Positions 1-11,614 of a stretch of DNA of 64,000 nt are shown in pieces. The translations under genes and the position numbers were made by a program. A model generated the notes under the pieces. That model made no database searches, was not told the origin of the DNA, and saw only the letters and a program-made list of their open reading frames with translations. Each line of letters opens with the position of its first letter. Within the stretch, counting starts at the first letter, position 1. Origin of the DNA: Rhynchopus sp. YZ270_cl-10 (taxonomy: Eukaryota); contig OZ037843.1 in assembly GCA_964035575.1 (NCBI GenBank), forward strand, positions 682,001 through 746,000, given 5' to 3'.

Positions 1-188
1 GGGCGAATATGGATTCGCCTTCTAGGTATGCCTAAGCGGGTCCTTAGGCGATTGCTCGACACAGCAAAAAAGCAAAAGACAAAGCAATACAGAGAGAGCC
101 AAGTTTTTGTTTTTACTACCTATTTTCATTAACCCCCCTCTTGTTATTACAAGAGGGAGTTCTTCAAAACAAAACAGAGTAGCAAAAG

Positions 189-673
189 CAGGGGCTCCGC
201 TACCGTATAAAGTTCTGTTGCGGCGCAACAGAAGTCTGGAAAAAAGAAAAAAAAAAAAAAAAAAAAAATCCCATGGTTGAACCACGGGAGTACCATGGGG
301 AACTGGGTTGCTGACCGCACCATCCAGGCTGTACCTCAATTTTTTTTTTGCCTGCGGCGCCATTTTCCCTTTTTTGCTCCGCAAAAAAGGATTCGATATG
401 TGACTCTGTACTGTAAAAAGCTAGATTTTTACACCGTACCCTAAATTTTTTTTCGCCTGCGGCGCCATTTGATTTTTTTTGCTCCGCAAAAAAAATACAG
501 TTCCCTATGTTCCTAATGTCCCTGGTCAGCAGTGCTGAAAAATTTTTGGGCACAAAAACAGCTGACCCCAATCTTGAAATCTGAATTCCTGGATAAGACA
601 CTGGCGCAGGGTGAAAAAAAAAACCCCCCGCAACAGAACTCAAAAAAAATCTGAAAACGTAGCGGAGGGGCTG
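189..673. mobile_element. MITE-like TIR element with 8-bp TSD (hAT-like termini)
   Basis: Termini CAGGGGCTCCGCTAC / GTAGCGGAGGGGCTG are imperfect inverted repeats. AGCAAAAG is duplicated on both sides (181-188, 674-681). The interior (~265-570) matches 24500-24820. Confidence 0.75.
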
Positions 674-679
674 AGCAAA

Positions 680-710
<31 letters not shown>

Positions 711-910
711 GCAAAAACTTTCAAAACCCCCTCTTATTATTAGTTCTGGGGTCGTGGATGAGCCAAAATCTAAACAAAAAGTGCACCCTTTCTCTTGCGG
801 CTTATGTCAACAAAGAAAACTTAGAAGGCACAACAAACAGATAAAAAAATCGAACACTCCCCAAAAGAAGAAAAAAAAACTGAGGCCTTTTCGTGAGTGA
901 ACTTTTGGAC

Positions 911-1137
911 AGTGGAGATTGCACAAACTGTGGCAACACAACTGAGGCAACTACACTACTCCAACAATTTATCAAAAAAAATTATAACAAAACAAAACAA
1001 AACAAGAACACATTGCCAAGCGTTTCTTTTGATACTGCAAGCAACCGAGATTGGGAACCGAGAAAGTGGACGAGAAAGTGGAAATTGCACACCTGTGGCA
1101 ACACAACCGAGGCAACTACACTACTCTAACAATTTAT
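911..1137 (+). repeat. Two copies of ~60-bp dispersed repeat S2 (AGTGGAGATTGCACAACTGTGGCAACACAACCGAGGCAACTACACTACTCCAACAATTT)
   Basis: Copies at 911 and 1077, and again at ~17313 (partial), 20764, 21892 and 28721. All on the + strand and followed by A-rich tracts. Confidence 0.8.
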
Positions 1138-1180
1138 CGAAACCAAAATAAATAAGGGAAACAAAAAAAACGGGGGACAA

Positions 1181-1390
1181 CAGTATTGGAGTGTACCATT
1201 GGTAAGCAATGGTATTTCAATGATATAGGTGAGTGAACGACACCACCCCCCCCCTTTTTTTTTTTTGCCAGTTGTGTGCACGTTTAGGAAAAGGCAACTT
1301 CCTATTAAGCCTGCCGACTCCATGTTCTTGGAGCTTCCAGGACCGTGCCATGCTCCGTTCCCTAAAAAAGAATGGTAAAAAAGTTTTTTT
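1181..1390 (+). repeat. ~200-bp dispersed repeat S3
   Basis: The block CGTTTAGGAAAGGCAACTTCCTATTAAGCC...GGAATGGTAAAAAAGTTT recurs at ~19845-20040 and ~25555-25710 in the same orientation. Confidence 0.8.
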
Positions 1391-1954
1391 TTTTTTAAAC
1401 TCAGGTTGCGCTGCCCCAATGAAAATAATAATAATAACAAAAACGTATTTTAAACTTTGTGAAAGCTACACATCGAACACCCCCCTTTCTTCTGCTACAC
1501 TCTGAGTATTGAAGTGGTGCAGTGGTGGGATTAACAAAAAGCACTCAACCAACATATTTTCAAAAAACCCCCTATCCCTACCCCCTTTCCCCCCCTCTTT
1601 GTCCGTTAGCGATCCTTTTTATTTATTTATTTATTTTATTCCACAGTTAAATAAAGTATACGAAGGATTTGGCACTTTTATCGTGATTCTTTTTAATGAT
1701 AATTTCACGCCGTGTTTTTTTCGCAAATAAAAACCACGCTAATTGAACTTTATTTCACGCATTTTCACTTTTTTTCACTGCAATTCCTTAGGAGCGTGAT
1801 TTTATTTTTGTTTTTTTCACGCTAAAACAGGGGTTTTTTTTGGCGATAACTTCACGCTAAATTTTGGTACATCCTGCACCACCACCCGCCTAAAAATTGA
1901 AAATTGCGATTTTTTTTTGCACTTTTCCCATTTTTTTTTTTGACACACGCAACA

Positions 1955-2365
1955 TGCCGAAGGATCTAAGACGCAAACGGTCCTCCGACAAGAGATGGAC
2001 GAGCACTACAGTGGTTTTGTTGAAGGACTAGCATCGTCGACACCGTACATCCGTGAATGGGACCGCTTTTTAAGGGAAGCCCAACGGTAAGCCCACGGAA
2101 GCCGACTTTGTTTTGTGCATAGTGCATCAAATCGTCGTCGTAATGGACAGCGTTCAGTAAGCTGAGCAGCATATTGGTGAGGAAGTATGGGGTGCAACTG
2201 CAAGACCAGTTTCCGCAGGCTCGTGTGTCTCTTGAAGCAACACGAGACCGGCTACCGACACGACAGTCCAAGACACTCCTCACTTACGAAACAAGAAATC
2301 GACTCCTTCATTACCTATGAAGGCGAAGGACACACCACCCCCTTACTTCATTGTGAGGAAGCATG
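1955..2365 (+). pseudogene. Decayed N-terminal fragment of a putative eukaryotic tyrosine-recombinase-like protein
   Basis: Joined across stops and frameshifts it reads ...SSTPYIREWDRFL / KPTEADFVL / KSSS*WTAFSKLSSILVRKYGVQLQDQFP / RLVCLLKQHETGY...LTKQEIDSFI. This resembles the S-x-L-W-x-x-Y/F-S-x-L ... P-x-L-x-x-L-L-K-x-x-x-x-G-Y ... EEI-x-x-F pattern of eukaryotic integrase-family proteins (recognised from memory). No catalytic RHRY part is seen. Confidence 0.45.
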
Positions 2366-2492
2366 ATATTCTGTGATGGGCGGGGATCTTCTGAATGTCT
2401 CTCGCTCTTGCACGATAGCCATTTCCCGACCTCCCGCTAGCACCCGGGCCCAGTTTACCGGGTTTTTGCAGGTTCCCCCGCGGGAGGGTAAC

Positions 2493-3467
2493 AGGGCTGG
2501 AGGGACCCTCCAGCCTTTTTTAGCCTCCCTCCAGCCCCTCAGGTACGCCAGCCCCTAGCGGGAGTCCCGCTAGCCTAGCTAGGGGTCCCGTGGGATTCCC
2601 GGTAGCGCTGGCGGGAGGGTAAGGAAAGCTACCTGGAGGGACACATACTCGTTAGTTATTGCACAATAAATGAGTCACGCTAAAAGTGCCAAATCCTTTC
2701 GTATACTTTATTTAACGTGAAATAAAATTACGTATTCAACGCCTTTTAGCGAATTTTTTTGCGATACTTCACTTATTTTTTTCCCAGGCTCGTGGATTCA
2801 ATTTGCCTCGCTTCGCTCGGCAAATTAACTACCACTCGCCTGGGAAAAAAATGCGTGAAGTTATCGCAAAAAAAAACCACGCTAAAAGGCGTTGAATAAA
2901 TAGTTATTATTCCACAGTTAAATAAAGTATACGAAGGATTTGGCACTTTTAGCGTGATTTTATTTAATGATAATTTCACGCTAAATTTTGGTACATGTGG
3001 GTAGTAGGGCTGGAGGGACCTTCCAGCCTTTTTTTGCCTCCCTCCAGCCCCCAGCCCCCCAGCGGGGGTCCCGCTAGCCTATCTAGGGGTCCGCGGGACC
3101 CGGTAGCGCTGGCGGGAGGGTAATGAGAGCTTTTTTTTTTCCTTCTTTTTTTTTTTTCACGCTCTTTTTTTTTTTTTTTTTCCCCCCGAGAGCTTCCTGT
3201 AAGGACACATACTCGTTAGTTATTGCACAATAAATGAGTCACGCTAAAAGTGCCAAATCCTTTCGTATACTTTATTTAACGTGAAATAATAATTACGTAT
3301 TCAACTCCTTTTAGCGGATTTTTTTGCGATACTTCACTTATTTTTTTCCCAGGCTCGTGGACTCAATTTGCCTCGCTTCGCTCGGCAAATTAACTACCAC
3401 TCGCCTGGGAAAAAAATGCGTGAAGTTATCACAAAAAAAAAATCCCGCTAAAAGGAGGTGAATAAAT
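2493..3467. repeat. Tandem duplication (~510-bp unit) of a GC-rich GCTAGC block plus an AT-rich foldback module
   Basis: Units start AGGGCTGGAGGGACC at 2493 and 3006. Unit 1 has an internal inverted repeat (2675-2716 / 2917-2957), and a further partial copy lies at ~1634-1873. Unit 2 is cut by the element at 3468. Confidence 0.8.
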
Positions 3468-4243
3468 CACGCATGCGGCTAAAAGTACCTATTTTCCAGA
3501 TTTTCCTTAACCTAAATAGACAAATTTACCTGTTTTTATTACCTTGTGGTTTTCCCATTTTTCACATTTTCGAGGCAGGGTACCACCCAAAAGCGCTGTT
3601 TCTTGCATTTTTGGGCCAATCCCAGCCTGTGTTGGGGTCACTTTAAAAAAATGGCCAAAATTTCCATCACTTAAATTTTTGGGAAGTGCCAAGTATCTAG
3701 TTTGCAGTAACTTTTGGCATTATGTTTTTGTGGGGATTTGTCCTCTGGCGGGGGTAGGGGTTGTATATCTACCGACGGGTTGTAGAGGGTTTTGCGAGCA
3801 TTCACCTCACTGTAGCGGGTTATTTCAAAAAAAATGGACAAGTTCATGGTTGATACAATTTTTGGCCATTACCACCAGTGAGTTGCTTCACAGGGTAAAA
3901 TGTAACTATGATTCTGGGCCACCGCCCCCTCCAAATGCAAAAAGGTCCCAAACCCGGGCGCGCTACGTGCGCCGACCTTTTTGCAGCTTTGGTCAAAGTT
4001 GTATTTTTCGGCTGCAAAATGCAGGCGAAGATATTCGGAGCTCTATTTTTTTGCGAAAAAAAAATAGGGTACAGTGTAAAAATGCAGCTTTTACACTACA
4101 GAGCCACTCAAATATTGAAATTCCCCTCATAAAAAAGCAGGTATTTTTTCCCTGCCCCCCTATTTTTCCCGTATATAAAAACAGGTAAATTCTTTTTTTA
4201 TTCTGAAAACCTAAATAGTAAATAGCTTTTAGGCTCACGCGTG
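3468..4243. mobile_element. Family A MITE (CACGCATG...CACGCGTG), copy 1, 8-bp TSD
   Basis: Imperfect TIR CACGC(A/G)TG(C/A)G(G/C)CTAAAAG. TSD GAATAAAT at 3460-3467 and 4244-4251, with the empty site visible at ~2894. Near-identical copies at 55098 and 62053. Confidence 0.95.
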
Positions 4244-4251
4244 GAATAAAT

Positions 4252-4287
<36 letters not shown>

Positions 4288-4293
4288 TTACAT

Positions 4294-4591
4294 CAGGCTC
4301 TCCGCTAGGATTTCCGATTTTGAAAATATTCTGTTGATGGTCCACGTTGGTGGGGTACATGCTTGCGCCGCAGGCGCACGGTACGCAACTTTTTTTTTTA
4401 CCAACGCCCGATTTTGACTTTTTTGGGACGTTTGAGCACTCACCTCTCCATATCTTCTTCTCCTGAGCTTTTTTGACAGGTAGAACGGGTCTGAACCACT
4501 TAGCAGAACTTTTTTTTTTTTTCTTTTTTTCCCCATTTTCAAAAAGTTCTGTTGACAATCAACAGAACTTTAGTACCTAGCGGAGTGCCTG
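4294..4591. mobile_element. MITE with 9-bp TSD inserted at the left end of the adjacent element
   Basis: TIR CAGGC(T/A)CTCCGCTAGG. ATCTTACAT is duplicated at 4285-4293 and 4592-4600. Confidence 0.85.
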
Positions 4592-4595
4592 ATCT

Positions 4596-6342
4596 TACAT
4601 ACAAGTATAACGGCCGTCACGACGGGAAAAATTTTTTTTTTGTCGGGGAGGTCACGGCCGTGAAGAAAATCTGAAAAATTTAACGGCCGTGAAATTTTGC
4701 ATTGATCACGGCCGTGAAATATTTCCACGCTTTTTGCTTGTTTCTTCTTTTTCGTTCGTAGACAGGGCCAGACCCCCTTTCCCATCCCTCCCAAGTCATT
4801 CTTGGGGGGGTAAAAGCAACATAAAAAGTGCAAAAAAAAATCGGCCCCACTGCGATCGGGAAGCTGACGACACGAATGAGCACTTATGGTGGTCCTGCCC
4901 TGCCTGCAATGCTATACGCTCAGATCCTAGTTTCCACTCCGTCACAACTGCTGGCAGGTCGCCGTGGCCTAACTGTGGAGTTATCCCTACTGCCCTGAAG
5001 GACAGTATTGATGCTACCTCCAGCGTCTGATGGGGAGCATCCTCATACACCGGTTGTCTCTGAACAACAGCCTCCGTATCAACAATCTGCCACTCACGCC
5101 TGGAGAACAGCTCAGCTGCAACCTTTGTTCCGTCCCCACTATGACTTCGACTGGATTCCACTCTCACAGGAAATGGACTTATCCAAACCATCACCTGCGT
5201 GCCCTGCTGCGCTCCTGGCTCTCCTCACTGCGCTGGTCTCCCGCTGCCCGCCCACGTTTTCACCCTACTGTTAATTGTAGTTGGAGCGTGTGGCATTTCT
5301 GAGCACTTGTGCGTGCTCCCGGTTCTTCAGAGTAGCATATTTCTCGTGTTTCAGCACTTGTAACCCGGTTCTTGAGCAAAGTACTCTTCTCATATTTGAT
5401 GGGCTTTCCGTTGTGGAGCACACATCAATACTGTGAGACGAACCTCATTTGCGTTGAACCATTTGCAGTGTTCTTCAGCTTCCAGTGCAAAGTCTTCCGA
5501 CAGAATCAGCACACTATTGAACAACTATCCTCCGTCTTTTTTGTCGGAAAATAGACCGCATCACGTTTTGCACACCTCTGGATCTTCTTCGCTACGTTGG
5601 CGATAAACGCGCAGAGGGAGGGGTCCACCCTTTTGCTCCCGTGAACTTGTACTGTTTGCCCGATGTTTTCTTTGGCACAAGGGTGATGAACGGGGTTGAG
5701 TGAGTCCAAACACATCCTTCTCGGGCAAAGAGTAATTAGAGGTTATGAGACGCTCGGGACGCTGCGAAGTCAGTCTGCAGAACTGAAAGGCAGTGTTGCA
5801 ACCAGAAGATTACAGATGGCGGGTCAGATGCTGTGTCACTTACCCCATCAGGTAGATGAGAGCCAGCACCTTCAGAGCAGTGAACACAACACACCGTGGG
5901 CACAATACATGTGCCAAAAGGCAACAAGACCCTGCAAGGAGTACCCAGTACACAGCGCAGTTTTCTGTGCGATATCACTTAACCGGTCCTCTCCTGCCCT
6001 ACCCTCCTTTTCTTCAGGGGTAAAAATTAAGTGGGTTGTGGGAATATAGGGGGAAATGGGGGGGTTTGGTCTGTACGTTCCTATCCGCGCCTATCCGCGG
6101 GGTAAAAATCAGGTGGGATGGTTCTTGAGTGGCGCCTTTTCTCGTACTTCACTGTGTGTTCCTTCAAAGACTCGTACAAAAATTTCACGGCCGTTGTTTT
6201 TTTTTAACGGCCGTGAAAATTTTGTACATAAGAAAGGCGCTTTTTTTTCACGGCCGTTTTTTTTTATTTTTCACGGCAACGACGGCAGTGGGTCGAGCAT
6301 TTTTTTTTTTCATTTCCGTGACGTCCGTTTTACTTGTATGTA
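4596..6342. mobile_element. 1.75-kb TIR element with CACGGCCGTG subterminal repeats carrying decayed coding fragments
   Basis: TIR TACATACAAGTA(T/A)AACGG(C/A)CGTCACG. Flanked by ATCT on both sides (alternatively a TA TSD). (A)CGGCCGT(G) is repeated at 4610-4716 and 6186-6257. Confidence 0.85.
4840..4990 (+). pseudogene. Non-LTR retrotransposon-like C-terminal zinc-knuckle fragment
   Basis: RPHCDREADDTNEHLWWSCPACNAIR...WPNCGVIP fits a degenerate CxxC-x(7-8)-H-x4-C knuckle (first Cys lost), as found downstream of RT in non-LTR ORF2. Confidence 0.45.
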
Positions 6343-7235
6343 ATCTTTCGATTGAAAATTATATCTTAATCTTTTTTTGTTTTTTTTTGTTTACATTTCT
6401 CGCACCCTCTTTACCATTCTTTTCTTGTTGTTAAGAAAATAATGGGATAATGTTTTTATTTTTTGTATTGAATGAAAAGCCCTACGGGTCGCTATGGGTA
6501 GCATCGCGTTGTGTTGTGATAGGTGTGTCTTAGGAAGCCCAAGGCCCAAGGCAACACGTTTACCTTGTGGCAATTGTCCCAGCACACTAAAGTCCTCACC
6601 CCAGTACGTTGCTACCCTTGCGTCCCGAAGAAAAGGTGCAAATAAGAACCCCCTCCCTGTCTGCATGTTACTTCTGAAAATATGCAGACGTCTGCCGTCC
6701 ACACAATGTGGTCCAGAGGCACCTGCCAAGTGAAATGTCTTGTGAAATGGCTTGTCATGATGAGTGATCCCCTAGGGGGAGTAGGTGTAGGGGGAAATCA
6801 TGAGATAAAAGGCATTCATTAGGTAAATCATTTTTTTTCATGACAAGCGACCACTTGTCATCGCTTTCACTTTGTCACCAAGTGAAATTGGTTCTGGACC
6901 ACGGTGTGCATCCCCACCCCAGAAGTCTTAAGTTGACTTATCCTTCGTTACACACAACAGAGCCCAGGGAAAAAATGAGTTGAGGACAGCATGCGTCTAT
7001 ATCAATTAAGTACAAAGCCTTCGGGCAACATTGTGTGTTGGTGATTGATTAAAAAAAAAAATTTTTTTTTTTCTTTCAGCAAATGCTTTAGGGTGCCCTT
7101 CCATTGCTGGGATGTTCAGTGCAGTGTTTTTTTTTGTATTTTTAAAGGGCATGTTTTTGTTTTGTTTTTTGAACGAATCTTTTGAAAGTTGGGAACATTT
7201 TTTGTTGATCCCTATACTTATGCTACCAATTTATT

Positions 7236-7379
7236 TGGTGTGATTCAGGGGGTACGGACAACCCACGGGAGAACCACGAGGGAACCACGGAGAACTGTTT
7301 CGGGCTATATTAAGATTTGCGGAGCACCTTCGGGAGAACCACGGGGGAACCATGGAGAATCCGTTTGGTGATCACACCA
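7236..7379. mobile_element. Small TGGTG...CACCA MITE, 5-bp TSD
   Basis: Termini TGGTGTGATTCA / TGATCACACCA, TSD TTATT, internal GAACCACGG repeats. The rejoined flanks resemble 21501-21550. Confidence 0.75.
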
Positions 7380-7567
7380 TTATTGATTGCATATGTTGAA
7401 ATACTTTTTGGTATTTTCCACCTGATTTTTTACCCCGCGAATAGGAGCGTATAGGACCGTACAGGTGTATATAGGACCGTATACGCGCCTGTACGTGGAC
7501 TGTACGCACCTATACGGGGTAAAAATCGGGTAGATTTTTCCCAAAAAAAAAAAAAAGTTCGCTGTTC

Positions 7568-8444
7568 TGGTGTGGCTAACTCCAAAAATAAAGTGTAATT
7601 TTTGTACTCCTTTTGTATTTTTTTTTTTTTGTATACCCAAAAAGGGGGGTTTTTTTTATTTTTGGTACCAATTCGTACTTTCCCAATCGCCCCAAGTCAT
7701 GGCACCCAAAAGTTCCTGGCGAAGCCACGGTACGCAACATTTCTGAAAAATGTCGACATAAATTGGCACTGTCGTTGGTAATTATCGTCAGTTCCGTTAA
7801 ATTTTACCTACGTATTTTGCTAGAACGAAAGTTTCTGGCGAAGCCACGGTGCGCAACATTTCAAAAAATTGCGCTTATATTTGCACATTTGTGCTGCTGA
7901 ACTATGTCATGGGAAAGGGTGGGTTGCAATCTTGCGCCGCAGGCGCACGGTACGCTACTTTTTTCGTTTGCCATGCTGCATGCTTCGTTCTTCTTTCTCA
8001 CTCCTCATTGGGTTCTACGAGCTCCGTCCGTAAAATGGTGGGGTCACAACATGCAGCAAAGTTCGCAGCTATGCAAACTGCCCCCACGTTTACTTTGCAC
8101 TTTACCCCCAGTGGTCAAGTACTGACCATATTTTACACTAAACCTGAAAATGCCCTGTAAAAACTGACACATGCATTTTAGGTCAAAAATACTCATTTCT
8201 CAGCGCAAAGTGACCTCATCACAGCACGCACGGACTCCCGAGAATCGAGAAAAAAAATTTTTCCCCCAATTTTTTGGGGGGCAAAAAAAAAAAAAAATTC
8301 CCCCCGACCCCCCGACTCCGACTCCCCAAAAAGTTTATACAGGGAAATAATTTTTCGCAAAAAACACCCCCAAAATAAAGTGTAATTTTTGTACTTCTTT
8401 TGTGATTGTTTTGTGCTGTTTTTGTACTGGATTTAGCCACACCA
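7568..8444. mobile_element. TGGTG...CACCA TIR element, 5-bp TSD
   Basis: TIR TGGTGTGGCTAA / TTAGCCACACCA. TSD TGTTC at 7563-7567 and 8445-8449. Confidence 0.85.
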
Positions 8445-9405
8445 TGTTCTGGATTACTCTGATTGTTCAATTTGCTTCCGGATGTCGGAATTTTCCGAAA
8501 ATTTCCAGAAATTAACTAACAGCCGAATGTTAAAAAGTTATATTTGTCATATAACGCCCTAGGCTGAGATGAGCCCTATGTATGTGTATCTATGTGTTCT
8601 TATCATGCTTTTCCCAGTGCCTGCGCCCCAGAGGCGTTTGCATTGTCAGCTTAACCTTCTTTTTTTTTCCGGCTGTACCCTACTTTTTGCAACAAAACAA
8701 AAGATTTTTTTATTCAAAAAAAAGGATACGATGCTGGACAAAACTCCATCTATGATTGAAAATAGTATCTTAATATCTCGGTGTTACCGAACAACTGTCG
8801 GGGACATGTCAAGGACCTGTCAATACGGGCCTTCTCTGGAACACCATTATTATTTTATTCATTTTTTTGTCTCTTTTAAGGATCCTGTGAAGAACAAAAC
8901 CGTGACTGCTATCCCATGCTAACAGTCTAACAAAGAGCGAACGTCCAAATGCATGCACACATGGTAAGGAACATCTGATTGTATTGCATACCAAATAGTC
9001 AGATCTATACAGTATGTGCTCCCTGTAGTATGGTTGAGGGGGGTTTCACCTCAAGACAGCTATACCGTATGATAGTCATTGCACTGACCTGAAGGTTGGT
9101 TGTGATGCATATCTAGGTCTTTGTTTGTTTCCGGAATTGAGCTTATGAGGACCTTTTTCGCGCGCAGCGCGTATGTTCGAAACGTATCGTGGGCAAAAAA
9201 AAAAAATCATGGTTTTCACCACCAGCCATGGACCAAGGTCGAAAAATGTCTGATTCCTGTGTAAAAAACCCCGTAAAAAAACCGGAATTCCAAGCCCGAA
9301 AAGTGCGATTTTTGTAGCTGTTTAGCGTCAGGCCTGCTCTAACACAATGGGTGGGAAAATTTTTTTTACCCCCCCTTTTTTACACTACATAATAACTACA
9401 TAAGA

Positions 9406-10686
9406 TTGGGGTGTCCCGGGCACGGCGTAATTCAGGTGTAATGGGGTGTAATGGAGTGTAATGGAGGGAATTTAAACTTTTTGCTTTTTTTGCGTTTTCC
9501 CCTCGTTTTTTCAACACGAAAAGTCCAAAAAAGGTGACAACAAAAATTTTTTTGGCGAGTGGAGCAAAAAAATTTTGCCTGGCTGACCATTGCCGAAGGA
9601 ATTTTTCACTTTTGACCACCACAGATTACACGTTGTTTTACGATTTTTTCTATGCACTTATGCGTACTGGGAAGCATGCCACCGGTGCTAATTTTTTACT
9701 GGCGTGGCTGCATAACCGATTCCCCATGTTTCTACCGTGTTTCTACACAGTACACAGTACACAGTACACAGTACACAGTACACAGTACACAGTACACAGT
9801 ACACAGTACACAGTACACAGTACACAGTACACAGTACACAGTACACAGTACACAGTACACAGTACACAGTACACAGTACACAGTACACAGTACACAGTAC
9901 ACAGTACACAGTACACAGTACACAGTACACAGTACACAGTACACAGTACACAGTACACAGTACACAGTACACAGTACACAGTACACAGTACACAGTACAC
10001 AGTACACAGTACACAGTACACAGTACACAGTACACAGTACACAGTACACAGTACACAGTACACAGTACACAGTACACAGTACACAGTACACAGTACACAG
10101 TACACAGTACACAGTACACAGTACACAGTACACAGTACACAGTACACAGTACACAGTACACAGTACACAGTACACAGTACACAGTACACAGTACACAGTA
10201 CACAGTACACAGTACACAGTACACAGTACACAGTACACAGTACACAGTACACAGTACACAGTACACAGTACACAGTACACAGTACACAGTACACAGTACA
10301 CAGTACACAGTACACAGTACACAGTACACAGCACTGTACAAGGCAAAAATGACCAAAACAGCTGATGTTTTGGCCGAATGCCACCCTATCAGGAATATTT
10401 TCATGTATTCACACAAATTTTTTCTGGCCTCAATACCCCCAAACTACACGATTTTCGGTTCCGGCAAATTTTTGGAGCACCAAATATCGCAAAAAAATTC
10501 AATTTTTTTGGTGTCGTCCGCACATCCCTTTAGTAAAGACCAAAACACCAAGGCGTTGTAATTCATGTGTAATGGGGTGTAATGGGGCGTAATGGGGTGA
10601 AAGTGGGTGTAATTCGGTGAAATGGGGTGAAATGGGGTGAAAGTGTGCGTAAGTGGGTGTTAGTGTGGTACCGCCGGGACACCCCA
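9406..10686. mobile_element. TIR element with a satellite core
   Basis: Inverted TGGGGTGTCCCGG (9407) / CCGGGACACCCCA (10674). TAAGA on both flanks (boundary uncertain by 1 bp). GTAATGGGGT subterminal repeats on both sides. Confidence 0.65.
9744..10331. repeat. (TACACAG)n perfect 7-bp satellite, ~84 copies
   Basis: Uninterrupted tandem array. It explains the six-frame STQYTVH/VYCVLCT ORFs. Confidence 0.98.
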
Positions 10687-10818
10687 TAAGAACTACACAA
10701 ATTTGACTTTTTTTTTTGGGGCGTGTCACACCAAATTGTTACAAAAAAAATGTTACTTTTGGGTCATTTTTTTACTAATTTATTTTTGAAAGAACATTAT
10801 TTTTACTATGAGGGTATT

Positions 10819-10865
10819 GCTCATCCTTGGGGTGTCTTTACACTAATATAACAAAGTTTTTCAAA
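10819..10865 (+). repeat. ~45-bp dispersed repeat S1 (TCATCCTCGGGGTGTCTACACTAATACAACCAAGTTTTC + A-tail)
   Basis: Further + strand copies at ~16980, 17815, 21165, 22263, 28307 and 30611. Reverse copies at ~29550 and (weakly) ~19690. Confidence 0.8.
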
Positions 10866-10956
10866 TTAAACGAAACCAATAAAGGGGAACTCTCGTACCC
10901 CTATGTGTACAAAAAAAAGGAACAATGTCTGTTTTCCCCCTCTTCTTCTTTTTTTT

Positions 10957-11108
10957 CCACCTGATTTTTACCCCGCGTATAGGCGCGGCGCGTAAAGGTG
11001 TGTATAGGCGCGTATAGGGCCGTATAGCACTGTAAAGGTCCGTACAGGCATATACGGACCGTCCGTACACGCCTTTACGCGCCTATACGCGGGGTAAAAA
11101 TCAGGTGG
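10957..11108. mobile_element. CCACCTGATTTTTACCCC MITE, 5-bp TSD
   Basis: Long TIR CCACCTGATTTTTACCCCGCGTATAGGCGCG, flanked by TTTTT. Relatives at ~7418, 25064, 29109, and a half copy at ~6085. Confidence 0.85.
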
Positions 11109-11614
11109 TTTTTGTATGAGCTTCTTGCAATACGTCTGGAAATGAAAGACGCGTTCTTCGGTTGCCATGAGTCTTACCCTTTCCCCCTTTCCCCCCCTTG
11201 TGCTCCACCTCTCCTACTTCAGGACGCGGGTTTTCGGATGGATGCGATCAACAAACAACGAATAAATAAAGAACGGGGATGTTACATTTTTTTTTTTTTT
11301 TGAAACTCTACACTTTACACCTCCTACTGCAACAGCGTACTTCCTTCTATTTGCTCTCTTTTAAGGATCCTGCGAAAGAAACCCTGTGGCTGCCTATCTG
11401 TTGGTAGACTGACCGATAGTCTAGAATCAACACACACTCTTGGACCAACATTCCTGCGTGTAGGGGGATCACCCCCTCCAGAAACACTGATTTTTTTTTC
11501 CTTCTGATTTTTAGCAGGAACTCTACTCTGGCTCTTTCGAACAGAGGATGGCCCACATTTTCATCAAAAAACATTCATCCCCCCCCTCCAGGTAGCATAC
11601 AACAGCACTGCGCA

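Noticed and set aside
1281..1390. Assignment of S2/S3/S5 repeats to U1/U2/7SL RNAs (TTGCAC loops, GGAACGGAGCA)
   Set aside because: The matches are only 6-11 nt and cannot be supported without a covariance-model search.
3544..4188. 214-aa ORF in the family A element as a transposase
   Set aside because: No ATG start or DDE-like motifs, and the frame is not preserved in the other two copies.
6702..6908. Transib-like CAC...GTG element
   Set aside because: Inverted ends are present (GTGGTCCAGA), but there is no convincing TSD or second copy.
9534..10561. Long six-frame ORFs (STQYTVH / VYCVLCT repeats)
   Set aside because: Artefact of a stop-free 7-bp satellite.
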